A stretch of DNA of 64,000 nt. It comes from an uncultured delta proteobacterium. GTDB lineage: Bacteria > Myxococcota_A > Polyangia > Fen-1088. Location of the stretch: the NCBI GenBank assembly GCA_963796685.1, contig CAWCMR010000009.1:64001-128000 (forward strand), given 5' to 3'. The position numbers and the translations under genes are program-made. The notes beneath the pieces were generated by a model, which made no database searches, had not been told where the DNA came from, and saw only the letters and a program-made list of their open reading frames with translations. This document shows, piece by piece, positions 43,273 to 53,011 of the stretch (within the stretch, counting starts at the first letter, position 1; each line of letters opens with the position of its first letter).

Positions 43273-45720
43273 CTACGGCGCCGGCGTCTGAAGAGAAGTC
43301 GGCGGCGCATCCGGATACGGCGCTACTTGTGCAAGTGGATCTACCCACACAAATGTGCCGAAGAGAAGGTCCTGATATGCATTGACAGTGGATCTCCCAG
43401 GTGGAAGGTAGGTGTTATGTGCAAACGTGCCAGAGACCGTGGTGGAACTCTGAGCTGTCGCCGCGACGCTTGTTTGAAGGCTCACCGTCCAGTTTGCAGA
43501 GTTTGTCGTGGTCTCAACGGAGGTGATGGTGTCGCTCCCGCTGAAGAATAGCACATTTCCACTCATGCCCACGGCGTCTGAAGAAATGAGGATGTCTTGA
43601 AATGTGGTGTTATAGGATCCGACCGCGGTGGTTGTCGTATTTTCCGAATAGATTACTGTATCGGAAAATGAACATTGAGTGGGGACTTGGGTGACAGAGT
43701 CAACGCCATACTCGCAATGACCAGCTTTGGCCAACCTCCCGCTGGCGATCAAGGAGTCTATTGAACTGAGACATTGTCCGGAATTGTAGAGGGGGTCGAG
43801 TTGCAGCAGTTGTTGGCAATCGTCCTTGCTCAAGATGTCGACCGGCCCCGTTGACTGAGGGAGGAGCGGGTACCCATCCGCGTAGGGTCCTACTTGCTGA
43901 GCACATGAGTACAGATCCCCAACCTCAACACTAGCCAACGTCGCCATAGGGATGGCAGTGGAGGTGGATGGGCTTCCTTGTGCAGCGAGCATGGAGATTA
44001 CAGGCTGCCCGCCAATTTTCCAGAAGCCGAACTGGGGGTGTACGATAAGCTCGAAAGTGTCGCCCCAGAATGGCTCCGACCCGTACGGACCGCTTGCCCC
44101 TGGAATAGTATTTGGTGGCGCTTTCAGAGTGGTCGACCAAGTGGTTTGGGATGTCGTGCCGGAGCCTGTATTGAATTCGAGGCTGCGTCCGACCCCAGCC
44201 ACCGTACTATGGTCCCAAGTGGTACTCGCATTGTCCATTGTACCCGCAATCCCTAGGCCGCCGCCAATGGGGCCCAACTGGCTCTTAAGAATCGACATCG
44301 ACCACGATTCCGTGTCCGCGTCGGTGTCTTTGTTGTCGATGGTCGTCGATTGATTATTGGCGACCTTGGTATCGGCCGCCATCGTGAGACCATACGATGC
44401 TGTTGTCGAAAAGGTGCCTGAACTATCCTTACCTGGCGGCTGATAGATAAGTGTGTATGGCAGCACCTTAACCTGGGCTAACGCCTGCGGTTGCACCACG
44501 ACCTGCCATGGCTTCAGCGCACGAGCGTAATAGAAGGCACCATTCGGTTCAGGATGCTGAAGATACCACATGTATTCTGCTGGAAATGGGTTACCCTGAT
44601 CATCAAGCCATCCCGTGCAGGAATAGCCAGAGATCTCGAACTTGGAGCCCCCAACCGGACAGGAGATGCCAAACGTCGGAGGTGGCATCCAGTTGTCCGC
44701 CGGGTTGGCACAATCCCAACTATTGGGTGAGGCCCAAGTCGGCGCCCAGCCAATCATCTTGTTGGCCGAAGGCGAAGTGGGATCTCGATTGTCGCCTTCC
44801 CAAACGCCTACAACAACACGAACGTAGTTTGAAACGCTCGGTAGATCGGCAGGGACGATTATTTTGGCCGACACCGTGCCATCCTTGGGGGCGGTTTCCG
44901 AGGGCGGGGCGCCAGCACTGGGCCCTGAAAGGGCGAAATTCACCCCCCCGGGCAAATCCACCCAACATCCAGTCTTCGTCCCCCACCCTGCTCTCGTCCC
45001 GTCAGATAGCGGTGCCGACGAGCCGTTTGGTGAAGGAGAATCGTGAGCTATCACTGCTTCTGGATAGTCTGGGTTATTGGGATAGCCTGGACCAGGCGAA
45101 GCCTTGTCGGGTGCGCATGATGTGGCGCTGCTATCCCAGCGTTGCATCTTTAGATCGTAATAGGCCGTGTTTCCCTCAAGCGCGCCCGGGATCCAGGTGC
45201 TGATGCACATATCCGGTATGCAGTACTTTTGGCCCGGTTGCCCGAATGGATAGCCGCCATTGCCACCACCTTCATCCCAAGGGCCAAATGGGATCACACA
45301 ACTGCTAGGCCACCCACCCACCGACGACTTTGGACAATCAGAATCCTGTGTACAGGGCCCGTATCCTATCTGGTTGCCAACAATGCCCCCAACACCGAAG
45401 GGAAGCTGAACCGTGCTCGAATCGTCGGTGAAGGACGCATCTACATAAAAATTGACTGACGGATCGGATACGTAGATTTTAGGAATTCCCAAATCTGTTT
45501 GGGTTGCACTCGGATTGTTATCCGTGACCGTGAAACCGCTACCGGCAGCCCACCTTGGAGCGGTAGGATCCGAAAACTCGGGCGGGCACGCGGGGCCTGC
45601 ATAGCCCGAGAGGACATCTGTGCATCCCCCTGCCGTTAACAAACCTTGAAGAATTAGTGGTCCTTTGACATTGACCGAGGCGAGACCAGTGAGTTCGACA
45701 GTGGTTCCTGGTGGCGTCTT
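43273..45720 (-). CDS. C-terminal half of a large secreted protein (Ser/Thr-rich beta region); probably one gene with 45654-47978
   Basis: Frame stays open up to the G6 run at 45721-45726. Confidence 0.65.
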   Translation of the reverse strand, partial: KTPPGTTVELTGLASVNVKGPLILQGLLTAGGCTDVLSGYAGPACPPEFSDPTAPRWAAGSGFTVTDNNPSATQTDLGIPKIYVSDPSVNFYVDASFTDDSSTVQLPFGVGGIVGNQIGYGPCTQDSDCPKSSVGGWPSSCVIPFGPWDEGGGNGGYPFGQPGQKYCIPDMCISTWIPGALEGNTAYYDLKMQRWDSSATSCAPDKASPGPGYPNNPDYPEAVIAHDSPSPNGSSAPLSDGTRAGWGTKTGCWVDLPGGVNFALSGPSAGAPPSETAPKDGTVSAKIIVPADLPSVSNYVRVVVGVWEGDNRDPTSPSANKMIGWAPTWASPNSWDCANPADNWMPPPTFGISCPVGGSKFEISGYSCTGWLDDQGNPFPAEYMWYLQHPEPNGAFYYARALKPWQVVVQPQALAQVKVLPYTLIYQPPGKDSSGTFSTTASYGLTMAADTKVANNQSTTIDNKDTDADTESWSMSILKSQLGPIGGGLGIAGTMDNASTTWDHSTVAGVGRSLEFNTGSGTTSQTTWSTTLKAPPNTIPGASGPYGSEPFWGDTFELIVHPQFGFWKIGGQPVISMLAAQGSPSTSTAIPMATLASVEVGDLYSCAQQVGPYADGYPLLPQSTGPVDILSKDDCQQLLQLDPLYNSGQCLSSIDSLIASGRLAKAGHCEYGVDSVTQVPTQCSFSDTVIYSENTTTTAVGSYNTTFQDILISSDAVGMSGNVLFFSGSDTITSVETTTNSANWTVSLQTSVAATAQSSTTVSGTFAHNTYLPPGRSTVNAYQDLLFGTFVWVDPLAQVAPYPDAPPTSLQTPAP

Positions 45721-47978
45721 CCCCCCAAGAGAACGGGCGTCAGGCGTACGATTCCGCCGCGAGTTGCCTTAATAGATAGTATCGCGGCGCTTATCGTAGC
45801 TGTCGGAGAAGCCGTGAAGGTCACCACAGCGGTGGAGGACTGGTCGTCCGGACTAATAGTGGCGGCAACTCCATCGGGCAGCCCAATCACGTTAAATGTT
45901 ACTGGGCCAGTGAATGCACCACCTTCCAAGATATTGATCGTGGTAGTCGCTGCCCCCCCGGGGACTAGGCGGACGGCACTAGGTGTACTGCAAATCGCGC
46001 CGTCAGTTCTCGTAGGGTTGCTGCAAATTCCTGTAGTCAAGTCGCACGAGCCCGCATCGTGACACGAGTCGATCGCTGTACATGTCACCGGCGTACCGGG
46101 CGTACAGGATCCCCCACTACAGGTGTCGTGCTGAGTGCAGGGGTTGCTATCGTCGCATGCAGTCCCGTCTGCTTTCGCGGGATAGTTGCCACACATTCCA
46201 CTCGTTGTGTCGCAAACACCTCCGCCGTGGCACGAGTCGGACGCGTTGCACTGGGTGGCGCGGTTGGGGTCGGGGGTACAGAGCTTGTTCTGGCAGGTAT
46301 CGCCCCACGTGCAGGGGTTGCCATCGGCACAGACGGTTCCGTTGTAATACTTGGGATTGGCGCAGTTGATCGACCCGGCGCAGCCCATGCACTTGTATAC
46401 TTGGTCGGCGACTTCCTTGCTGGCGGTGCCCCAAGTGTTGAGTCCTGGCTTGTTCACGCCGCATACGTCGTCCTGACCGCCGCAGGTTTCTGGGCTGCAG
46501 TTGTTGTTCGCGTAGCAGTCCAGGAAGGCACCGCAGCCGGCGCGGTCGCCTTGCACGGTGGCTTCGTATAGGCAAAACGCACCGCATTGATTGGAGGGCC
46601 CACCGTCCGCCGAGCCCGTATTTCGCCAATTCTGCACGCAAGTGTTCGTGCTAGGCGCGGTCACGCGCACGTCGTCGGCCTCGAAGGAAGCACCTACACT
46701 GCCGACGCCCACCGAGCCGCTGGTACACGAGCTATCCGTCTGGGTAAGCAATTGGGTGCCGTTCACATAGGCCTTGAGCGTGGTGCCCTGCATGTCCAGT
46801 TTCACGTGGTACCAAGTGCCGGTGCTGATGCCGCCGGGCACAGCCACGGGATTGCCCAGGGCGGTGTTGACACCGACCACGCGCCGGCCGAGCGCTACTT
46901 TGCCGTCGCCACGCAAGCTTACGTAGTAGCCACAGTCCGCGTTGTAGGTGGCATCGTAGCGGCCCCATAGCGAGACCGTCGCGGTGGGCGAGGAGAAGTT
47001 GAGCGGCTTGAGGCTTGCCTCGGCGGTTGAATCCAACCAGGCCATTCCGGCTTGAGCGCGCGAGATGTACACCTGGGACGCAGTGGGGTCGTTCTCGCGG
47101 TAGACCATGCTGCCATCCCCGACCACCGCGAAGTTCTGTATCGGGCCCTGTTGGACAGCCCAGCCGCTGCCGTTACCGGTCTCGAAGTTGTCGCAGAAAG
47201 CCCACGTTCCGTAGCAGGGGTTTGGCACGCTGGTCAGGCTGGTCGCCGTAGCGGTGGCTGTCGCAGTAGCGGTCTTGGTCACCGTCGCGGTGTTCGTTCC
47301 GGTGGTCGTCGCTGTCGAGGTGGCGGTAGCCGTGGGAACGGCCGTATAGGTTTGGGTCACTGTCTTCGTGCCAGTGCCAACGGCGGTCTTTGTGGCGGTC
47401 TTCGTCGCGGTGTTGGTCTTGGTTCCGGTTGCCGTGATGGTCAATGTGCCGGTGACGGTCGTCGTTCCAGTCAAGGTTCCGGTCGCTGTCTTCGTGCCGC
47501 TCGCCGTACCGGTGCCGCGATAGGTGCCGGTCCAAATTGCCGTACCGGTCGCGCTGTTGGTGGCGCTCTTGGTTCCGCTGCTCGTCAGCGTCCCGGTCTT
47601 GGTCCCGGTGAAGGTTCCTGTCAGGGTTGCCAGCGCAGAATACGAGCTCGTGCCCGACGCTGTTTGGCTGTCGGTCTTGGTAGCGGTCCCCGTGGTCGTT
47701 ATGGTCACGATACTTCCAACCGCGGTCGTGGTACCGGTGTTGGTTACGGTCTGGGTCACTGTCGCCGTATACGGAATAGTTGGCGGCGGGCTGCCTTGAG
47801 TTGCAGCGGCAACTATCATCGGAGTACCACCTCCGTCCGCTCGAGTGGAGACCTGGGCTCTGATCTGCACCCCGAGGCTTTCGTGAACAACAACCTGCTC
47901 TTCGGTAGGAGACTTGGACTCGCAAGCGCCAACTGACAACAATGCAGCGACAGAAACCAACAGTCGAATTGTTCTCAT
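45654..47978 (-). CDS. Large lipoprotein: Thr-rich repeats, beta-sandwich/lectin-like domain, myxobacterial-type Cys repeats
   Basis: MRTIRLL..VGAC lipobox; FCDNFE..WYHVKL; CADGNPCT/CDDSNPCT repeats. Confidence 0.75.
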   Translation of the reverse strand: MRTIRLLVSVAALLSVGACESKSPTEEQVVVHESLGVQIRAQVSTRADGGGTPMIVAAATQGSPPPTIPYTATVTQTVTNTGTTTAVGSIVTITTTGTATKTDSQTASGTSSYSALATLTGTFTGTKTGTLTSSGTKSATNSATGTAIWTGTYRGTGTASGTKTATGTLTGTTTVTGTLTITATGTKTNTATKTATKTAVGTGTKTVTQTYTAVPTATATSTATTTGTNTATVTKTATATATATATSLTSVPNPCYGTWAFCDNFETGNGSGWAVQQGPIQNFAVVGDGSMVYRENDPTASQVYISRAQAGMAWLDSTAEASLKPLNFSSPTATVSLWGRYDATYNADCGYYVSLRGDGKVALGRRVVGVNTALGNPVAVPGGISTGTWYHVKLDMQGTTLKAYVNGTQLLTQTDSSCTSGSVGVGSVGASFEADDVRVTAPSTNTCVQNWRNTGSADGGPSNQCGAFCLYEATVQGDRAGCGAFLDCYANNNCSPETCGGQDDVCGVNKPGLNTWGTASKEVADQVYKCMGCAGSINCANPKYYNGTVCADGNPCTWGDTCQNKLCTPDPNRATQCNASDSCHGGGVCDTTSGMCGNYPAKADGTACDDSNPCTQHDTCSGGSCTPGTPVTCTAIDSCHDAGSCDLTTGICSNPTRTDGAICSTPSAVRLVPGGAATTTINILEGGAFTGPVTFNVIGLPDGVAATISPDDQSSTAVVTFTASPTATISAAILSIKATRGGIVRLTPVLLGGRRHQEPLSNSLVSPRSMSKDH
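47240..47770 (-). repeat. Low-complexity Thr-rich coding repeat (TxT pattern)
   Basis: TATGT/TATKT repeats in translation. Confidence 0.8.
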
Positions 47979-48245
47979 GACCCACCCACCTTGAAATCGA
48001 GTTGCACCGACCGGAACCGCATCGGCGCTATGAAGCAGCACGTAGAATTATCAGACGCATGGTGTCCATGTCAACTAACAAATATTCAACAACTGCAATA
48101 CCGTATTATTCTGGCGATTCGCCAGCTGTAACCCAGGACGACCACAAGGGACCTCCCAGTCCACAGAGACCCTCGGTGGCGATAAGTCTCACTTTGTCTA
48201 TCGAAGTACTCGAGGAACGTGACCGCTGGAGGCTTAGGTGTCTGC

Positions 48246-50005
48246 ACCGTGGCCGTGCCTCACCCACACAACGCCCGACACCCGCATCACGCACCTTCCG
48301 TGACCTGCTTGCCGAGAACCCTCCTTCATGGAGGCAGCCGCATGCGCAAAACCTGCGACCGGCTACACCTATGCCCGCCGGGAGCCGGAGAAGACCGCGC
48401 TCTTCCAGGTGCTCCAGCAGCACCTGCTCACCTTCGAGCAAGAGTGGACCGACAAGTCCGACGGCCGCACGCTGCCCAGCTTCGTCACCGACGAGCTACA
48501 CGACTTTCTAGGGTGCGGAATCTTGGCGCGAGGCTTCGCACAATTCTTGTGCAAAACCTGCCACGAGCGGTACGTTGTGGCCTGGAGCTGTAAGGGTCGT
48601 GGCTTCTGTCCGAGCTGCGGAGGCAGACGCATGAACGCGGGTGCGCTGACTCTGGTCGATCACGTGCTGCCCGAAGTGCCCATCCGACAATTCGTGCTCA
48701 CCCTGCCTTTCCCGCTGAGATTTCCCTTGGCCTTCGACGGGAAATTGCTGGGCCAAGTCCTGCGCATCTTCATCGACACCGTCGCGTCCAACTATCGCAA
48801 GCGCCTGGCAGATCGGGGCATCCCCGACGGCGAGTGCGGCGCCGTCACGGTCATCCAGCGCGCCAACAGCGACCTGCGTCTCTCACCGCATTTTCACGTT
48901 CTCCAGCTCGATGGAGCGTACGCCCCTGGGCCCGACGGCGGTGCGCCCATCTTCCACCCGGCTCCGGAACTTACCCAAGAGGACATCCTTGCCATCGTCG
49001 CGCGCGCCAGTAAGCGCATCCTCCGCTTCCTCCAACGTCGCGGGGTCATCACCCTGGTGACCGCGCCAGGCGACGGCGAGATCACCGTCGTCACCGACGA
49101 GACCATCGGCGAGAAGGATCCGCTCCTGGCTCGCTTGTTGGCCGCCGCCACCGCTGGCGCCTCGCCTGCCGGCCCTGCGCACAAGCGGGCTCCCGTGCGC
49201 ATCGTGCTCGACCCTGGCGCCACGCCCGTGGCCAAGGGCAAACTATGCGGCCAGCAAGCAGGCTTCAACCTGCATGCTCAAACCAAAGTCGCCGCCAACG
49301 ACAAGAAGGGTCGCGAAAACCTGTGCAAGTACATCTTGCGCCCGCCTCTCGCCAATGACCGCCTCAAGATCCTCGACGACAAAACCGTCAGGCTCGACTT
49401 CAAGAAGCCCTGGTCGGATGGCACATCGTCGGTCGACCTTGCGCCGCTCGCCCTCATTGCGAGGCTAGCCGCGATCATCCCTCCTCCTCGTCGCCATGTC
49501 GTCAGATATTCGGGGGTTATCTCCTCGCACAGCTCTCTCCGCAGCCAGGTCGTCCCCGTCCCCGCCGTGGCGGCACCCGAGGAAAAGGACAAGCCTTCAC
49601 TGCCGCTCTCGCACTATATTTCTTGGAGCCAGCTCCTCAAAAAGACATTCGAGATCGACACCGTCTGCCCTCGCTGCAAGAGCCCGCTGCATCTCATCGC
49701 CATGATCGAGACCGAGGACACCATCAAGAAGATTCTCAAAGCCATGGGACTGCCTACCGAGGCGCCCAAACTCCGGCCTGCACGACCGCCGCCCTCGCAA
49801 TCTGGTGGCGAGGGCGGAGACTGGCTGAACTGACGGCACGTCGACCAGGGCGGGTTGGAGTAGACTGCCCTGCGTGCTCGAGAAAGACCCCGCCAGGCCC
49901 CAGAAACCCGGTCACGTGCGCTGCGCAGACGTGATCGGGGCCGACCTAACGCGTCCCGGCAGGGTTCTCAGACGCTCAAAAACCCCCTTCGAATCGCCTA
50001 TGGCC
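48246..50005 (+). mobile_element. IS91/ISCR-like element copy 4, without suf cargo (defines the minimal element)
   Basis: Homology to the other copies starts at ACCGTGGCC. Confidence 0.95.
48328..49833 (+). CDS. IS91-family transposase (WSD variant)
   Basis: 501 aa, one substitution versus copy 2. Confidence 0.95.
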   Translation: MEAAACAKPATGYTYARREPEKTALFQVLQQHLLTFEQEWTDKSDGRTLPSFVTDELHDFLGCGILARGFAQFLCKTCHERYVVAWSCKGRGFCPSCGGRRMNAGALTLVDHVLPEVPIRQFVLTLPFPLRFPLAFDGKLLGQVLRIFIDTVASNYRKRLADRGIPDGECGAVTVIQRANSDLRLSPHFHVLQLDGAYAPGPDGGAPIFHPAPELTQEDILAIVARASKRILRFLQRRGVITLVTAPGDGEITVVTDETIGEKDPLLARLLAAATAGASPAGPAHKRAPVRIVLDPGATPVAKGKLCGQQAGFNLHAQTKVAANDKKGRENLCKYILRPPLANDRLKILDDKTVRLDFKKPWSDGTSSVDLAPLALIARLAAIIPPPRRHVVRYSGVISSHSSLRSQVVPVPAVAAPEEKDKPSLPLSHYISWSQLLKKTFEIDTVCPRCKSPLHLIAMIETEDTIKKILKAMGLPTEAPKLRPARPPPSQSGGEGGDWLN

Positions 50006-50062
50006 CCTAGGCCACGACGATCTTCCTTCAGATGTTCTCCCTTTCGCACAAGCATGAGATCC

Positions 50063-50093
50063 CGCTAACGCCCTGCCGTTCGGCAGCAAGCCG
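50063..50093 (-). other. attC-like 3' half site
   Basis: Minus strand GGCTTGCTGCCGAAC-GGCAGGGC-GTTAGCG, similar to 50584-50613. Confidence 0.5.
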
Positions 50094-50102
50094 GTGCTGT
50101 GA

Positions 50103-50537
50103 TTATAGGCCGCACGGACAACACGAGATCGATCCGCCGCCTGGACCTGACGGCAACGTCCGGCAGGCTGCCGGAGGCTGAGGCCAAGGTCCGGGTCCGG
50201 TACCACCGCACGCCAGGGCGTACTCCTCGGTGTCACACTGATCTGCGCACTCGGAATACGACACGCCTGGTGTCGGATTCGGACCAGGGCATTCGGCGAC
50301 ATTCGTGCTCAAGCAAAGCATGCCACCACCGTTTGAACCCTGACACGAAAGGTAGGTGCGCGCTGCCTGGCATTGTCCCGGTGCCGCATCTCCCGGCTCA
50401 AAGCTTGGTGACCAAGTGCAGGCGGGAAGAGACGCGTCGGACGATGGGGAGCTCCCACCGCATGAACCTACCCATGCCAAGGACAGAAGGAGTGCGAGAA
50501 CCGGTCGCGCAGAAGTTTGGAGAGAGCACGTCTTCAT
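50103..50537 (-). CDS. Cys-rich lipoprotein, probable integron cassette
   Basis: LAWVGSC lipobox; lies between two attC-like sites. Confidence 0.65.
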   Translation of the reverse strand: MKTCSLQTSARPVLALLLSLAWVGSCGGSSPSSDASLPACTWSPSFEPGDAAPGQCQAARTYLSCQGSNGGGMLCLSTNVAECPGPNPTPGVSYSECADQCDTEEYALACGGTGPGPWPQPPAACRTLPSGPGGGSISCCPCGL

Positions 50538-50542
50538 GAAGA

Positions 50543-51277
50543 TCACTCCGTTCGAGCTGTCGAGAGGCCTTCGTCGTTCGTCTGCCGAACGCTCTGCCGC
50601 TCGACTGCAAGCCCACCGCCGAGCTGGCATCTCGATTCTACACGGTGTTCCTGCGGCGACCATATCCGCTTCAACCAGCCAAGGCTCGTAGGACCGGAAC
50701 TTACGAGCCTCAGCCTTGCAGGTAGACCGCACCAAGGTCTATGGAACGGCCATGCTCGAACCTTGACCGATGCCAGTTCCATCAGACCCCAGCGCGCAGC
50801 TCCATCATCTGACGGTTTCTTCGTGTATCCCGACACGGCGGCATCCAGGGCCTTCTGTCCGGCCGGGGAAAGTACACGCTTCGCGAAAATGACCCCGTTC
50901 TTCAGAAGTTGCTTGCGCTGGGCGCCGTACACCGTGATCTTATAGATAGATCCAGTGTTCTGGTCGTCTCCGAGATGCATCATCCATGTGGCCACTCCGC
51001 CTTTGCTGAGCTTACAGTCGAAAGTGCCGATCTCCCCCACCGGGAAGCCGGAGGCGTCCGCAACGGTCTTGTCGAGGACTTCCTTCTTGAGTCCCCCCGG
51101 CGCCGCGCAGCTTTTCTTGAGAATCGGGTCCAGATCGCCACCACTGGTGAGGACCTTCGGGGCAGCCGTTGCAGAGGAAGGGCAAGCAAGTACGACAGAC
51201 GCCGCCACGAACATAGTCCCGATCAGAAACGCCCAAGAGTGACTCTTGACGAAACCCATGTTGACCTGCGCTTTCAT
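50543..51277 (-). CDS. Secreted hypothetical protein, probable first integron cassette (3' end uncertain)
   Basis: Signal-peptide-like leader; starts ~75 bp after the attI-like site. Confidence 0.6.
   Translation of the reverse strand: MKAQVNMGFVKSHSWAFLIGTMFVAASVVLACPSSATAAPKVLTSGGDLDPILKKSCAAPGGLKKEVLDKTVADASGFPVGEIGTFDCKLSKGGVATWMMHLGDDQNTGSIYKITVYGAQRKQLLKNGVIFAKRVLSPAGQKALDAAVSGYTKKPSDDGAARWGLMELASVKVRAWPFHRPWCGLPARLRLVSSGPTSLGWLKRIWSPQEHRVESRCQLGGGLAVERQSVRQTNDEGLSTARTE
50584..50613 (-). other. attC-like 3' half site
   Basis: Minus strand GGCTTGCAGTCGAGC-GGCAGAGC-GTTCGGC. Confidence 0.45.
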
Positions 51278-51350
51278 GGATGCACACCTGAAGAACTGAG
51301 GCTACTGAGTATATCACCAGGCCAGCCGTGAGTGCTGAAGGGATTCGACC

Positions 51351-51369
51351 GGCTAACTTACTATTAGCC
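51351..51369 (-). other. attI-like simple site
   Basis: Minus strand GGCTAAT-agtaa-GTTAGCC: L box, 5-bp spacer, GTT R box. Confidence 0.6.
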
Positions 51370-51529
51370 TGCGAAGGATAACATTATCCCAGCTGTCGGC
51401 GCGGCGCATTCATCGACCAACTTCAGTGCCCAATATCCATGATCCCGCCTAGTTACCGGAGCGAGCTGGCTCCCCGGTCTGGCTCGGGTGTCGGATAATC
51501 CGATTCGCCCCGCAGGCTGGCGATGGCTA

Positions 51530-51908
51530 TCAGCGGTCGAGGGGGCTACGCACGCCAAGGCCGCCGCGGTTGAGGACGTGGGTGTAGATCATCGTGGTGC
51601 TCACGTCCCGGTGGCCGAGCAGTTCTTGGATGGTGCGGATGTCGTAGCCGTCTTCCAGCATGTGGGTTGCGAAGGAATGACGCAGCGTGTGTGGGGTGAC
51701 GGGCTTGGTGATGTGGGCGGCGATGGCGGCCTTGCGGACGGCGCGCTGGATGACGGTTTCGTGAAGGTGGTGGCGGCGCACATCACCGGTCGCGGGGTCG
51801 GCATAGGTGCGCGTGGCGGGGAAGACCCATTGCCAAATCCATTCGCGAGGGGCGTTGGGATACTTCCTTGCCAGGGCTTCGGGCAAGGCGACGGCGCCCG
51901 CGCCCTGG
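51530..51908 (-). pseudogene. intI: Integron integrase C-terminal fragment
   Basis: Integron-specific [23 protein letters not shown], then [26 protein letters not shown]. Confidence 0.9.
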
Positions 51909-52017
51909 GTATAGGGGATTCCTTGGCATGTAGGTAGGTGTAGTAGACGTAATGTTTCTTACCGGACATTGAAAGCAAAGTGGTGCTTGAACGGCCTATG
52001 CTCACAACAATCAGACC

Positions 52018-52460
52018 GTGGGCAGGATGCCTGCTGGCGTCAGTGTCACGAACGCCAATCACTTGCGCTTCGAAAGAAACCTGTTCACGCAGATGGGTGG
52101 GACGGGCCTCGATTTCATCTCAGGTACCCACGATGACATGGAGGTGCCATCTACGTGCTTTCCAACCAGGGCACTGCCGACGAGATGCAGTACAACCACA
52201 TCCACGACTACGCGTGCAGCAAGTGGGCCGACTACGGTTGTAACGGGCTGTACTTGGACGAAGAGACCTCTGGCTACACTGTGGCCCAAAGCGGCATGAT
52301 CGATTGTCCGACCAACATCGTCCAAAACAAAAACGGGACAAATACTGTCACGGACAGTGGCGCCAACCCGCAAGGGGCGCAAAACACCATCGCGACCGCC
52401 GGCATCGAGGTCGCCTACGCCGACATCAAAACCCTGACCGTCCTCCCCGCTACATTCTGA
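52018..52460 (+). pseudogene. Fragments of a right-handed beta-helix protein with an internal deletion near 52140
   Basis: LRFERNLFTQMGGTGLD / GAIYVLS..GLYLDEETSG in different frames. Confidence 0.55.
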
Positions 52461-52768
52461 CTTCCAGAGACTCGATCAACCATCAAGCCGTCGTCACCAT
52501 CCCGGCCGCCGACCTTGGAACCTGGGTTCATCCTTGCGGCGTCTTCGACGGCGCCACGTATCTCCTTTACCGCGATGGCGCGCTCGCAGCGACCACGGTC
52601 GATGCGACGCCGCCGCAGGCGAGCGTCGATGCGACCTGGGCGATCGGCGCTCGCGCTCCTCAGCAGGATAGCGGCGTTGACGATCAGCTGCAGGGGCAAA
52701 TCGATGACGTCAGGATCTATGGTCGCGCGCTGAGCTCGGCGGAGGTCGAGGCGCTGTATCAAAGGTGA
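52461..52768 (+). pseudogene. LamG-like domain C-terminal fragment
   Basis: WVH..FDG..LYRDG..GQIDDVRIYGRALSSAEV. Confidence 0.7.
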
Positions 52769-52807
52769 AGAAGCCATCCGCCGACACGTTTCTGCAGGAC
52801 CAGCGAA

Positions 52808-53011
52808 TTATTTCGGCGGCGGTCCATAGAGCGTCGCACGCTTCTGTATGTAGCCGAAAGAGGCGCTGACGGGCCAGGTCAATTCCTGCAAGAGTGTGCC
52901 GTTCGAGCTTACCTCGTGGAGCACGCCCTGGGTCGAATAGGCGACGATCGTGTTGCCGTTGGGTAGGCGTTGCACGTCGCCCATGATGTCGTTCTGAATG
53001 GCCGGGTTCGC
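52808..53011 (-). pseudogene. C-terminal fragment of an arylsulfotransferase-like beta-propeller protein, cut by the IS cargo
   Basis: GDVQRLPNGNTIVAYS..EV...G. Confidence 0.6.

Noticed and set aside
51906-51925. Minus-strand GAATCCCCTATACCC resembling a second ISCR oriIS at the intI break
   Set aside because: The upstream part of the ori consensus is missing, there is no cognate transposase, and the sequence also reads as coding. Too weak to call.
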